Shown here: positions 1 through 9,070 of the stretch, piece after piece | Layout: every line of letters begins with the position of its first letter | Numbering within the stretch: position 1 is the stretch's first letter | NCBI GenBank assembly: GCA_045863235.1 | Contig: BTUM01000093.1 | Location: 1 to 29,592 of the forward strand | From: Candidatus Xenobia bacterium | GTDB lineage: Bacteria > Vulcanimicrobiota > Xenobia > Xenobiales > QWHO01 | DNA: 29,592 nucleotides | Direction of reading: 5' to 3' | Notes under the pieces: generated by a model | The model's input: the letters and a program-made list of their open reading frames with translations, nothing else | Told to the model about the DNA's origin: nothing | The model's database searches: none | Position numbers and translations under genes: made by a program

Positions 1-3
1 CCG

Positions 4-55
4 CGGGGACCGAACGCCAGTTTGTCCCCGCCGGGGACGAACGCTTGCTCGCCCC
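4..55. repeat. Short GC-rich REP-like palindromic repeat (two units) at the window edge
   Basis: CGGGGAC(C)GAACGC occurs at 4-17 and 32-44. CGGGGAC (4-10) is the reverse complement of GTCCCCG (24-30), giving a hairpin. Confidence 0.35.
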
Positions 56-394
56 ACCCCAGACGTCGCTCGACAGGGATTGAGCCTGAACCCCACGGGG
101 ACCCAGCGCAGGGTGACTCAGGACCCCATCCTCGAGACGCAAAGCGTGACGGCTGATGGGAATCCGACTCTGACAGGGCAGATCAGCAGTGCCCACCAGC
201 GGACGCAGCATCAGGTCGAATCTCACTCGCACTGAGGTAGAAGTCCGGCGGGACGCGGCATCTCGACGTCTGGCTCGCTCGGGATAGCTGGTCAAGCGTG
301 GAGCAATAGGAGCCTCATTGGCGCTGTCCGCCCTCTGGCGGTCGGCAAGGCTCCTCGCCAGGTTCGGCCGATTCCACTGACGAAGCCGGCCCGT

Positions 395-1465
395 ATGCTT
401 CAAACCGCCGTCTTTCCCGGTCGCTACACCCAGGGCGCCGGAGCCCTGGCCCAGCTATCGGAAGCCGTTTCGGAACTGGGCTCGAAGGTTCTCGTGATCG
501 CCGGTAGGACGGCTCGCGAGAAGCTGGTGCCCCAAATCAAGCTGGCACACACTCTGGGGGCCTTCGGGGGGGAGTGCTCAGATGAGGAGATCGCCCGCCT
601 GACCTCCCTGGGAGAGGGCTGCGACGTCGTGGTGGCCCTGGGGGGCGGCAAGGTCATCGACACTGCCAAGGCTGTGGCCCACCAGCTGAGGGCCCGCAGC
701 GTCATCGTGCCCACCATCGCCTCCACCGACGCGCCCTGCAGCGGGGTTTCGGTCATCTACACCCCGGAGGGAGCTTTCAAGCGCTATCTCTTCCTGCCCC
801 GCAATCCTGACCTGGTGCTGGTGGATACCCAGGTGATCGCGCGGGCGCCGGTGCGACTGCTGGTGGCCGGGATGGGGGATGCGCTCTCGACCTGGTTCGA
901 GGCCGACTCCTGCCGCCGCTCGCGCTCGCCCAACCAGTGCGGAGGGCTGGCCACCGGGGCCGCTTATGCCCTGGCCCGCCTTTGCTACGATACCATCCTG
1001 GAGTTTGGCCAGAGCGCCCGGCTTGCCTGCGAGGCCGGGGTGGTCACGCCCGCCCTGGAGCACGTGGTGGAGGCCAACACTTTGCTCAGCGGGCTGGGGT
1101 TCGAGTCGGCCGGGCTGGCCGCGGCTCACTCGATCCACAACGGGCTGACGCGCCTGAAGGGGGCCCATCCCACCTACCACGGGGAGAAGGTGGCCGTGGG
1201 AGTGCAGGCCGGGCTCTTTCTGACCGACCGGCCCGGCGCGCAGATCGCGGAGGTCTATGGCTTCTGCGAGTCGGTGGGGTTGCCCACCACCTTGAGTGAG
1301 CTGGGCCTGAAAGACCCTGACCTGGCACTGGTCGCCCGGACCGCTTGCGCCGAGGGAGAGACGATCCATCACGAGGCGGGCGGGGTCACCCCGGAGCAAG
1401 TGGCGGCGGCGCTCGCGACGGCCGACGCTTACGGGCTGCGTCGGCGGAAAGGGCGGTCGGCTTGA
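395..1465 (+). CDS. gldA: Glycerol dehydrogenase (iron-containing ADH / GldA family)
   Basis: 356 aa. N-terminal FPGRYxQG, GGGKVIDTAK nucleotide-binding loop, PTIASTDAP, GDALSTWFEA, and metal-ligand segments AHSIHNG and HGEKVA. Confidence 0.92.
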   Translation: MLQTAVFPGRYTQGAGALAQLSEAVSELGSKVLVIAGRTAREKLVPQIKLAHTLGAFGGECSDEEIARLTSLGEGCDVVVALGGGKVIDTAKAVAHQLRARSVIVPTIASTDAPCSGVSVIYTPEGAFKRYLFLPRNPDLVLVDTQVIARAPVRLLVAGMGDALSTWFEADSCRRSRSPNQCGGLATGAAYALARLCYDTILEFGQSARLACEAGVVTPALEHVVEANTLLSGLGFESAGLAAAHSIHNGLTRLKGAHPTYHGEKVAVGVQAGLFLTDRPGAQIAEVYGFCESVGLPTTLSELGLKDPDLALVARTACAEGETIHHEAGGVTPEQVAAALATADAYGLRRRKGRSA

Positions 1466-1604
1466 ACCTCACCCCCACTGTTGGCGGATCGTTTACCTTC
1501 GGTTCAGACCCGTTAACCTGACGTTCATCCCTCCTCGGGCGGAGTGCCCTATACTACCCCTCGACCAGAGAACCAGACACAGAGAATTTACGGGAGGGCA
1601 TATC

Positions 1605-2105
1605 GTGAACATCACCAGCGCCAACACCAGCCGGGCCGACCTTTTGAGCCGCGCTCAGAACTACGGATCCACCGTCGCTTCCGACGAAACCAATCCCTAC
1701 AAGCGCGCCGACTCGGCCGAGAACGACTTCTTCCTGGCCAACATCGACCGCTTCCAGGGCGAGAACCTGGGCGAGATCAAGGCCAACGTGGACGCGTCGG
1801 CCGCCGCCAACGCCAAGAAGGCCCGTTACGCCACCCTGGGTGGTCTGGCCCTGGCCGCGGGCGGATTCCTCGGCCCTGCGCTGCTCGGCATTCCGGGCCC
1901 GGTGGGCACGGGCATGCTGTTCGGCGGAATCATCCTGGCCAACGTGGTGGGTGGACGCGCCAGCCAGGCCGCCGCGGTGGACCAGAAGTTCAGCCAGCAG
2001 TTGGGCGACTGGGCGAACGCCATCCAGGCCTCTTCGGGCCAGCAGCCTCCGGCTCAGCCGCCGGCCGCTCCGGCCCCGCCGGCCGAGCAGAAGGCCGCTG
2101 CCTGA
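1605..2105 (+). CDS. Hypothetical protein with a glycine-rich hydrophobic hairpin and a Pro/Ala/Gln-rich tail
   Basis: 166 aa from GTG with SD GGGAGG a few nt upstream. Strong GC3 codon bias. Two Gly-rich hydrophobic segments (LGGLALAAGGFLGPALLG; VGTGMLFGGIILANVVGG). Followed by a terminator. Confidence 0.8.
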   Translation: MNITSANTSRADLLSRAQNYGSTVASDETNPYKRADSAENDFFLANIDRFQGENLGEIKANVDASAAANAKKARYATLGGLALAAGGFLGPALLGIPGPVGTGMLFGGIILANVVGGRASQAAAVDQKFSQQLGDWANAIQASSGQQPPAQPPAAPAPPAEQKAAA

Positions 2106-2128
2106 GCTTAGGCTCACTCGAGCAGGGG

Positions 2129-2164
2129 GAAGGCCGCTCCGCGTGGGCGGCCTTTCTCATTTTC
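2129..2164 (+). terminator. Intrinsic terminator
   Basis: Stem GAAGGCCGCTC / GGGCGGCCTTT with loop CGCGT, followed by T-rich CTCATTTT. Lies between convergent genes. Confidence 0.75.
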
Positions 2165-2280
2165 ATGCCTGGAGTCTCGATGGCGTGGACTCCATGAACG
2201 TCAATACGGCGCGCATGCTCGCTGCAGGTCCGTGATGACGGAGCCCAAGATCAGCTTGGGTGACGCCTGGTACGGTTGGA

Positions 2281-3267
2281 TCAGCGAGCGGCGGGTTGGA
2301 CGTGCTTCTCGAGCAGGTTGTCGGCCACTCGCTCGCGTTTGGCCAGGGTGACCAGCTCGCGCGGGAGGGTGAAGGTGACATCTTCCTCGACGACGTTGTA
2401 GGGCTCCACCACCACCTCGTGGTGGCGCTTGACCCAGGCCAGCACTTCCTGTACCAGGGTCTCGGGGGCGGAGGCGCCGGCGGTGATGCCGAGGGTCTCC
2501 ACGCCGCTCAGGTCGACCTGGTTCATCTCGGAGGCGTCGTTGATGAGCTGCGAGCGGCAGCCGTGGCTCTTGGCCACCTCCACCAGGCGGTTGGAGTTGC
2601 TCGAGGTGGGCGAGCCGATCACCAGGATGACGTCGCAGTCGGCGGCCATCTTGCGCACGGCGGCCTGGCGGTTGGTGGTGGCGTAGCAGATGTCGTCGGT
2701 GGGCGGGCCCTGGATGTGGGGGAAACGCTTCTTGAGGGCTTCGATGACCACGTTGGCGTCGTCCACCGAGAGGGTGGTCTGGGTCAGGTAGACCACCTCG
2801 TCGGGGTTCTTCAGCTCGAGCTTGTCCACGTCGGCCGGGCTCTCGACCAGGGTAATGGCCTCGGGGGCCTCGCCCATGGTTCCCTCCACCTCGACGTGCC
2901 CGCGATGGCCCACCAGCACGATGGAGAAGCCTTTCTTGGCATAGCGCACGGCCTCGAGGTGGACCTTGGTGACCAGGGGGCAGGTGGCGTCGATGACCTT
3001 CAGGTTGCGCTCCTTGGCTTCCGAGCGCACGAACGGCGAGACGCCGTGAGCCGAGAAGATAATGGTGCCGCCCTCGGGAACCTCGCTCAGGTGGTCGACG
3101 AAGACCGCCCCCTTCTGGCGCAGCTCGTCACAGACCAGGTCGTTGTGGACGATCTCGTGGCGCACGTAGACGGGCGCTCCGTAGGTTTGCAGGGCGATCT
3201 CCACCACGTCGATGGCACGGTCGACTCCGGCACAGAAACCACGGGGCTGGGCGAGCAAGACTTTCAT
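2281..3267 (-). CDS. ispH: 4-hydroxy-3-methylbut-2-enyl diphosphate reductase
   Basis: 328 aa. PRGFCAGV, HEIVHN, FSAHGV, DATCPLV, QTTLS, DICYATTNRQ, SSNSNRL, GITAGASAPE; all three Fe-S Cys present. SD GGAGG upstream. Confidence 0.97.
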   Translation of the reverse strand: MKVLLAQPRGFCAGVDRAIDVVEIALQTYGAPVYVRHEIVHNDLVCDELRQKGAVFVDHLSEVPEGGTIIFSAHGVSPFVRSEAKERNLKVIDATCPLVTKVHLEAVRYAKKGFSIVLVGHRGHVEVEGTMGEAPEAITLVESPADVDKLELKNPDEVVYLTQTTLSVDDANVVIEALKKRFPHIQGPPTDDICYATTNRQAAVRKMAADCDVILVIGSPTSSNSNRLVEVAKSHGCRSQLINDASEMNQVDLSGVETLGITAGASAPETLVQEVLAWVKRHHEVVVEPYNVVEEDVTFTLPRELVTLAKRERVADNLLEKHVQPAAR

Positions 3268-3492
3268 TCAACACCTCCGGACGTTGGCCGTCGGTTCTAT
3301 GGGGCGCTGGTCGATCCCTGCCGAACAGAAAGGCCCGGCGTCTGACATCGGGGCACCTGCAGGGGGGCTTTGCTTGAACGAATCACCCTTCGCTGCGCGG
3401 ACAGGGCGGACGCAGGTTTGTGTCAGGTCTCGTCGGTCGCGGAGTGACAGGCCGGGTCGGGTGTCGGAGGGACACAGATCGTGCCAGGTTGG

Positions 3493-4353
3493 TCAGGGCA
3501 AGCTCTCGCGCCGTGCCAACCAATCTTCCGGCACGCCTGGGGCCGAGAGGGCCACGATGCCGCCCACGATGGCGCAAGTCGTGTCCCGGTCGCCCAATCC
3601 CGACACGGTGGTCCAGAAGGCCTCAGCGTAATCGTCGAGATGGCGGCGCGCGCACCAGAGACAGAAGGGCACCGTATCGTAGCAGGCCACCTCCTGCCCG
3701 CTTCCAAGCCGGGCGGCTACCTCGGTGGGCTCGCTCTCGAGGGGGAGCTCGCAAGCCTGAGCGATGCGCTCACGCACCCGTCCGCGGGGAGTGTGGTCGA
3801 GCACCCCGGCCCAGAAGCTGGCCCCGGTCGGGTCTTGCCAGGCCAGTGCGGCAGCCACAGCCACGGCAACGGCGCCAGCTTCGGCCTCGGGGTGGGCGTG
3901 GGTGACCACCGCCGAGCACGCCGCCTCCCGCGCGGCCCGCTCCGGGTCGTGGGCGAAGTATGCGCCAACGGGAGCCACACGCATGGCCGAGCCGTTGCCA
4001 AAAGAGCCCCGCCCTTCAAACAGCATGGAGGCCGCCTGGTCCCAGGGCACTCCCAGGTCGAGCAGCTCCATGAAGCGGTGCATCCCGCGCCCGTAACCCC
4101 GGTCGTTGTGATAGCTCCGATGAAAGAGGCGGGCCAGCAGCGTGGGCTCGATCCCACCTCGCTCCTGGAGGCATGCCACCACTCCCAGCGCCATCTCGGT
4201 ATCATCGGTGTAACGCCAGGGACCGGGCGGTAGGAGGCGTGCGGCGATCCGCCGGCCGACCTCCTCAGGGAGGCCGAAGAAGCGCTCTCCCAGAGCATCC
4301 CCAACCGACAGGCCGTCCAGGGAAAGCAGCGCGCGGCGAATTGGTGTATCCAT
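3493..4353 (-). CDS. ADP-ribosylglycohydrolase family protein
   Basis: GDALG, YTDDTEM, SFGNGSAMR, VTHAHPE and GDRDT motifs. Start moved from 4527 to the ATG at 4353 (MDTPIRR), where family-like sequence begins. Confidence 0.9.
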   Translation of the reverse strand: MDTPIRRALLSLDGLSVGDALGERFFGLPEEVGRRIAARLLPPGPWRYTDDTEMALGVVACLQERGGIEPTLLARLFHRSYHNDRGYGRGMHRFMELLDLGVPWDQAASMLFEGRGSFGNGSAMRVAPVGAYFAHDPERAAREAACSAVVTHAHPEAEAGAVAVAVAAALAWQDPTGASFWAGVLDHTPRGRVRERIAQACELPLESEPTEVAARLGSGQEVACYDTVPFCLWCARRHLDDYAEAFWTTVSGLGDRDTTCAIVGGIVALSAPGVPEDWLARRESLP

Positions 4354-4359
4354 TACACC

Positions 4360-4368
4360 ATAATAGCA
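4360..4368 (-). promoter_or_regulatory. Extended -10 promoter (TGcTATTAT), probable leaderless transcript
   Basis: Minus strand reads cgTGcTATTATggtgtaATG: a -10 hexamer 6 nt before the ATG at 4353, with no SD. Confidence 0.6.
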
Positions 4369-4531
4369 CGCGATGGCAAGAGCAGTCCCGAGCACGGGGT
4401 TGCCCTGGACCGCGACCAGGTCGAATCTTGCGACCGTCAGGTTGAAGGCAGTTGGTCTGCTGGCCGGCCAGGAAGGTGCCTCCCAGCCCCCTCGAGAGAT
4501 CTCCGGGGAGGAGCGACCCCTGGTCATGGCA

Positions 4532-4540
4532 TGCTAGAAT
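4532..4540 (+). promoter_or_regulatory. Extended -10 promoter (TGcTAGAAT), probable leaderless transcript
   Basis: aTGcTAGAATccctgtATG: a -10 hexamer 6 nt before the ATG at 4547, with no SD. Confidence 0.6.
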
Positions 4541-4546
4541 CCCTGT

Positions 4547-5800
4547 ATGGAAATCCCCCCTCAGGCCCCGCCGAAGTTGCGCGTGGCCGCCTACGTGGAT
4601 GCGACCGAAGAGCACTTCGAGCCGCACGCGGTGAGCCGGGTGGATGCCTTCGAGAAGGCGGTGGCGGCGGCTCCCAACTTGGAGATCCAGGCCCACGTGG
4701 TGCGCAACGGCACCTCGGCTGGCACCAAACTGGCTCGGGGACTGGGCTACCTGGCCATGCACGTGGCCCCTCCCGTGCTCGGACAGGCCGTCTTCGGGCT
4801 GCCCGGAATGCTGGCGGGCGCGGCGGTGACGGCCTATCTGGTCTCCAAAGGCTACACCCTGGAGGCGGGCAAGAACCTGGGGGGCGCGTTCCACCAGCCC
4901 TTCACGACGCCCGGACCGTTCTGGAAGGGCACCCGCACCTACGAGATTGTTCCTGACCAGACAGACGGCATCGACTCAAAACTTTTGGCCCAGAGCGACT
5001 CCACCCGCCCGGCTACGCCCGGCGAGCTCTCCGACTTCACCACACAGCACCTCGAGCCCGGCCAGACCAACGTGCTCTACATCGCCGGGCACGGCTGGGG
5101 CCCCTGGAAGGTGGCCTCGATGCACACCACCGCCCTGGCCGGGGCTGTGGAGAAATCCCAGGTCAAGCCCGACCTGGTGGTGTTCGAGAGCTGCCTGATG
5201 GGCAACCTGGAGGCTCTCAGCCTGCTGCGCGAGCACGCGAGCGTGGCCGTCGTCTCGGAAGAGCTGATGGTGGCGGGAGGGCTGGGAGCGGGACAGCTGC
5301 CCATCAAGTCCATGCTGGCCGGTGCGGCCCGGGAAGGCGGCACCCCTCGGGAGATGGGCCGGCGCATGGTGGAAGTGGCCCGCCAGGCCGGCGTGCCCAC
5401 GCTGGCGGCGGTCGACCTCAAAGCGCTGGACGGGCTGCTGGGCGAGTTGGGGGGTCTGGCCCGGGCGGCCCTGAAGGATCTCCCCACCAGGCGTGAGGCC
5501 CTGCGTGAGGCTCTGCAAGCTTCCCAGAAGGTGCCCCAGATCGACCACGAGCTGGGCGGCACGGCCGACTTCGCCGACCTGGGCGACTTCCTCAAGCGTC
5601 TCAAAGCCCTGGGGCTCCCCGCCGACGAGGCCCTGCAGGCCCTGGGCAAGGCGGTGCTGGCCCACACCGCCGGGCCGGGCAACGAGGCCACCACGGGGCT
5701 GTCCTTCTGCACCCGCATCCCGAAGGGGGGCGAGGTTATCTATGCCGGCCTGCCCCTGCCCGAGTCCTTCCGCACGCTGGTGGGCGAGCTGACCGCCTGA
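4547..5800 (+). CDS. Clostripain-related cysteine peptidase (C11-like, clan CD) with an N-terminal hydrophobic segment
   Basis: 417 aa. Catalytic-like YIAGHGWG (His) and LVVFESCLMGNLE (Cys; family motif FDACLM). Also VVSEE, TLAAVDL, ADLGDFL and TGLS segments typical of clostripain-like proteins. Confidence 0.75.
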   Translation: MEIPPQAPPKLRVAAYVDATEEHFEPHAVSRVDAFEKAVAAAPNLEIQAHVVRNGTSAGTKLARGLGYLAMHVAPPVLGQAVFGLPGMLAGAAVTAYLVSKGYTLEAGKNLGGAFHQPFTTPGPFWKGTRTYEIVPDQTDGIDSKLLAQSDSTRPATPGELSDFTTQHLEPGQTNVLYIAGHGWGPWKVASMHTTALAGAVEKSQVKPDLVVFESCLMGNLEALSLLREHASVAVVSEELMVAGGLGAGQLPIKSMLAGAAREGGTPREMGRRMVEVARQAGVPTLAAVDLKALDGLLGELGGLARAALKDLPTRREALREALQASQKVPQIDHELGGTADFADLGDFLKRLKALGLPADEALQALGKAVLAHTAGPGNEATTGLSFCTRIPKGGEVIYAGLPLPESFRTLVGELTA

Positions 5801-5834
5801 AGGGCGGCGCTGCCGCAAAGGCGAACTTTCCAGG

Positions 5835-7076
5835 ATGATCGTGGGCCCGCTCCGCCCCGCAGCCGCGAGCTCCGGGACCCCTCCCCCCGCCAGGAGCCAG
5901 GAGCTGGTGGAGCAGCTCATGCAAGACGGGGTCGAGATCCGCTGCGAGCGCCGCCTGGGGCCGATCCGGCTGGGCACCCGGCCGGCCACCAGCGCCGAGG
6001 TCCTCCAGCAACTGGGCTCGCAACCTCTCTTCATCGGACTGCCCGGCATGCTGGCCGTTCCGCTCCACAACCTGCAAGACGCCGCCGTGCTGCAGGGCAA
6101 GCTCCCAAACGACCAGGCCAGCCGGCCTATCCAGGCCCAGAGCCTGAAGCAGCTGGCCTCGGACGGCTGGCGCTTTTTCAACGAGCAGGGCGAGGTGGGG
6201 CTGTTCGGGGCCTACGACCAGAAGGTCGAAGCTCGCAAGGACGGCCGCACTGTGGTGCTCGAGAGCCAGCAGACCGCGGCCGGGCTGGTGGAGTTCTATC
6301 GCCGTCCTCCCCTGGAGGGACGCCTCGAGATCGAGGGCTACCGCTTCTTCACCCCCGATGGCCAGCCGAGCAGCGCTTTCGCCTCGCGACAGGGGGCCCT
6401 GATCGGCAAGAACGGCCAGGCCTGGTTGGCCCTGGGATCAGGCTCAGAGAGCGAGCTGCGCCAGCGCCTGCAGCGGTTCGAGCAGGTCTTGAGCGGCCTG
6501 GACGGGGACGTGAAGGGCGCTCGGGCCGCCTTCCACTGCCTGGAGCGCAGCCAGGGCCAGCCACCGCTCGAGCAGGCGAAGCAGCTCATGGCCGAGGTCA
6601 AGGGCTCGGCCCGGCTGGCCGCCAGCCTGCTGTCCAGGCCCGAGGAGCTGCAAGCCCTGGGGCACAGGTGCGAGGACCAGAAGGTGCTCCTCCCCCTGGT
6701 GGAGCGGCTGGCCGAGCTGAACGAGACCGGACGGGTGGGCCTGGCCGTGAGCCGCTCGGTCAAGAAGCCCACCGGCATCCTCCAGACCACGCTGGAGAAC
6801 GCGACCCGGGACGCCAGCCTGGTGCTGCCCGACGCTCACCCGCCCGAAGCCCTGAGCGCCCTCTTGCAGGCCCTGGAGCCGACCCGGCCCGACCGGGTAG
6901 CCCGGACACGCCAGTGGGTGGGGTTCTGCAAGCAGAGCCCCTCCCACCAGCGCATCGCCTCCACGGTGTTGACCGGGGGCGGGGCGGTCGAGGTGCTGGC
7001 GGCCATGAAACAAGGCTGGTATGAGACGCCGAGCGCGACCAGGTTGCCTTCGGGCTGGGAGTGCTCCCCACCCTGA
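5835..7076 (+). CDS. N-terminal fragment of a large helical-repeat protein (frameshifted at ~7025)
   Basis: 413-aa ORF with coding-like codon usage up to ...AAMKQGWYE. The rest of the repeat motif continues in the -1 frame. Confidence 0.7.
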   Translation: MIVGPLRPAAASSGTPPPARSQELVEQLMQDGVEIRCERRLGPIRLGTRPATSAEVLQQLGSQPLFIGLPGMLAVPLHNLQDAAVLQGKLPNDQASRPIQAQSLKQLASDGWRFFNEQGEVGLFGAYDQKVEARKDGRTVVLESQQTAAGLVEFYRRPPLEGRLEIEGYRFFTPDGQPSSAFASRQGALIGKNGQAWLALGSGSESELRQRLQRFEQVLSGLDGDVKGARAAFHCLERSQGQPPLEQAKQLMAEVKGSARLAASLLSRPEELQALGHRCEDQKVLLPLVERLAELNETGRVGLAVSRSVKKPTGILQTTLENATRDASLVLPDAHPPEALSALLQALEPTRPDRVARTRQWVGFCKQSPSHQRIASTVLTGGGAVEVLAAMKQGWYETPSATRLPSGWECSPP

Positions 7077-9070
7077 AGGGCCCGGCCAGCGAGCTGGCGC
7101 TGCGGATGCTGGCGGTGGAGAAGAGCCCTTCGGTGGTGGAGGCGGGCCTGACCCACGCCGGGGCCACCAGCCCCGGCGAGCTGGCCCAACTGATGTCCGA
7201 GGCGCTACCCGGCCAGGGAGCCAGCCCAAAACTGACGGAACTGGTCCTGAGCGAGCTGGCAAAGCATCCCGACACGCAGGAGTCGGCCCGTCTCGGGCGC
7301 GAGCTGGGGGCCCTGGTTAAGGGCGACCAGAGTCGCGCCTTCATCCTCCGGGAGGTCGTCCGCAATCCCGATCTCGTAGGCGCCGGCGAGGCAGTCCTGG
7401 CGGCCTCCCGGGCCACCTGGTACGAGGCGGCCGAGCGGGACCGGCTGGCGCTGGGCAAGCACCTGCTGAGCCAGATGCAGGGCAAGGCGGCCTCGCTGGG
7501 CCTGCGCATCCTCAACCAGGGCAATGTGGATCAGGTGCTGCCGGCCGTGCTCGCTCATCGCCAGGCCAGCACCCCGGCCGAGCTGGCCGCTCTGGCTCTC
7601 CAGGCCGTGCCGCAAGATGGCGCCATGCAACCGCTCTGGGACGAGCTGGCCTCCCACCCCGAGACCGCCGCCCAGGCCGAGCTGGCCCGCGAGCTGATGG
7701 CCCTGGTGAGAGATGGCAAGGGTCACCAGATCATCGCTTCCACGGTGCTCTCTCAACCGGCTCCCCGCAACGCCGTCGAGCTGGCGGCGCTGGGCGGAGC
7801 CATCCTGGCGAAGTCGAAGGCCACCTGGTACGAGGGCATCGAGCAGGATCGGGCCAGCCTGGGCAAGCACCTGCTGACCGAGCTGGCTCGGGATCCGTCC
7901 ACCCGTCCCGCCGCCGACCTGGGGCTGCGCATGCTCAGCCCCGGCAACGCCGACGAGGTGGTGCCGGCCGTGCTGGCCCATGCAACCGCCCGCACTCCCA
8001 CCGAGCTGGCCGCCCTGGCCCTGGCGGCGGTGCCTCAGGACGGCGCCATGGAGGCGGCCTGGAAGGAGCTGGGCGGGCATAGCGAGACGCGCGAGAGGAC
8101 CGCTCTGGCGCGCGAGCTGAACGGGGTGGTCAAACAGGCGGGCAGTCGCCGGATCATCGCCCAGCAGGTGCTTCAGCACCCACCCGAGCTGGCTTCCCTC
8201 GGCCACGCTCTCACCACGGCCATGAAGGCCACCTGGTACGAGGGCGTGGAGGCCGACCGCCTGGCGCTGGGGCGACACCTGCTCACGAGGCTGGAGAGCC
8301 AGAGCGAGACCGCCCTGGCCGCCCGGCTGGGCCTCGAGATGCTGGCACCCCTCAAGCCCGGCGACAGTGCCGACGGCATTCTGCTGGCCGTGCTGGGGAA
8401 TGCTCGGGCCACCGGTCCGGCCGAGCTGACCGGCGCCGTGCCCCAGGAGGGTGAGAAAGAGGCCATGCAGCCGCTCTTGAATGCCCTCGCGGCGCGACCC
8501 GAGACCGTCGAGGTGGCCCGCCTGGCCCGCGAGCTGGATGCGGTCGTGTCCCAGGGCCGGGGCCGGGCCATCGTGTGGCGCCACGTCCTGGACTCTCCGA
8601 AGGACACGGCGGCCCTGGGGGGAGCCATCCTGGGGGAGATGTCCCGGACCTACTATGACGGGATCGAAAAGGACCGCCTGGCCCTGGGCCAGCACCTGCT
8701 GGGGAAGCTGAGCTCGCAGCCCAAGACCAGCGACGTGGCCCGCCTGGCGCTGGCCATGGGGCCTCATGCCGACGTGCACCTGGCGGCCATGAAGTGCGCC
8801 AGCAGCAGCCTGGGCGACTTCGTGCGGGCCGCCATCCCCAACGACGCCCCGGCCGCGCTGCTCGAGCCCGCTTTCCAGGCCCTGGGAACTCCGCTGGCGG
8901 ATCTGTTGCCCCAGCTGAAAACCGACCGGCTGCGGGCCCTGGCGGCCCGGGCCCTGCTCGACCAGCCCTCGCTGGAGGGGGCCGCCCGGCAGACCTTCCA
9001 GGGGGCCAGCCGGACTTACGCCGATGGCCTGGAGAAAGACTGCAGCCGCCTGGCCAGCCTGCTGCTGGCC
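6880..9070 (+). repeat. Six tandem ~122-139-aa protein repeats
   Basis: Anchor motif (W/Y)Y(E/D)GxExDRLALGxHLL begins at 7017, 7418, 7826, 8234, 8651 and 9017. Spacings are 401(+1), 408, 408, 417 and 366 nt. Confidence 0.85.

Noticed and set aside
1..60. Possible CRISPR repeat at the window start
   Set aside because: Only two short imperfect units, with no spacer-length unique sequence and no cas genes.
100..170. GACGCAAAGC at 136-145 resembles the core of the c-di-GMP-I (GEMM) riboswitch
   Set aside because: The required upstream GGCAAAC...GAAA hairpin and the downstream CUAA/receptor elements are absent.
1..295. Minus-strand frame open off the window edge (…VRFDLMLRPLVG…)
   Set aside because: No SD, codon usage unlike the real genes, and it runs through the palindromic repeat. 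Not supportable as a CDS.
345..374. CAAG-N17-GCCGATTC upstream of gldA as a sigma-28-like promoter
   Set aside because: Spacing and -35 match are poor, and the motif is not repeated convincingly elsewhere in the window.
3472..3487. TGGCACG on the minus strand as a sigma-54 -24 box upstream of ispH
   Set aside because: No TTGC at the -12 position (the sequence reads GTGT).
4396..4428. RFDLVAVQGNP in the upstream extension of the ADP-ribosylglycohydrolase ORF resembles the amidohydrolase C-terminal ADLVAVxGNP motif
   Set aside because: An 11-residue resemblance is too short to call a gene remnant, and the extension lies upstream of the likely promoter.
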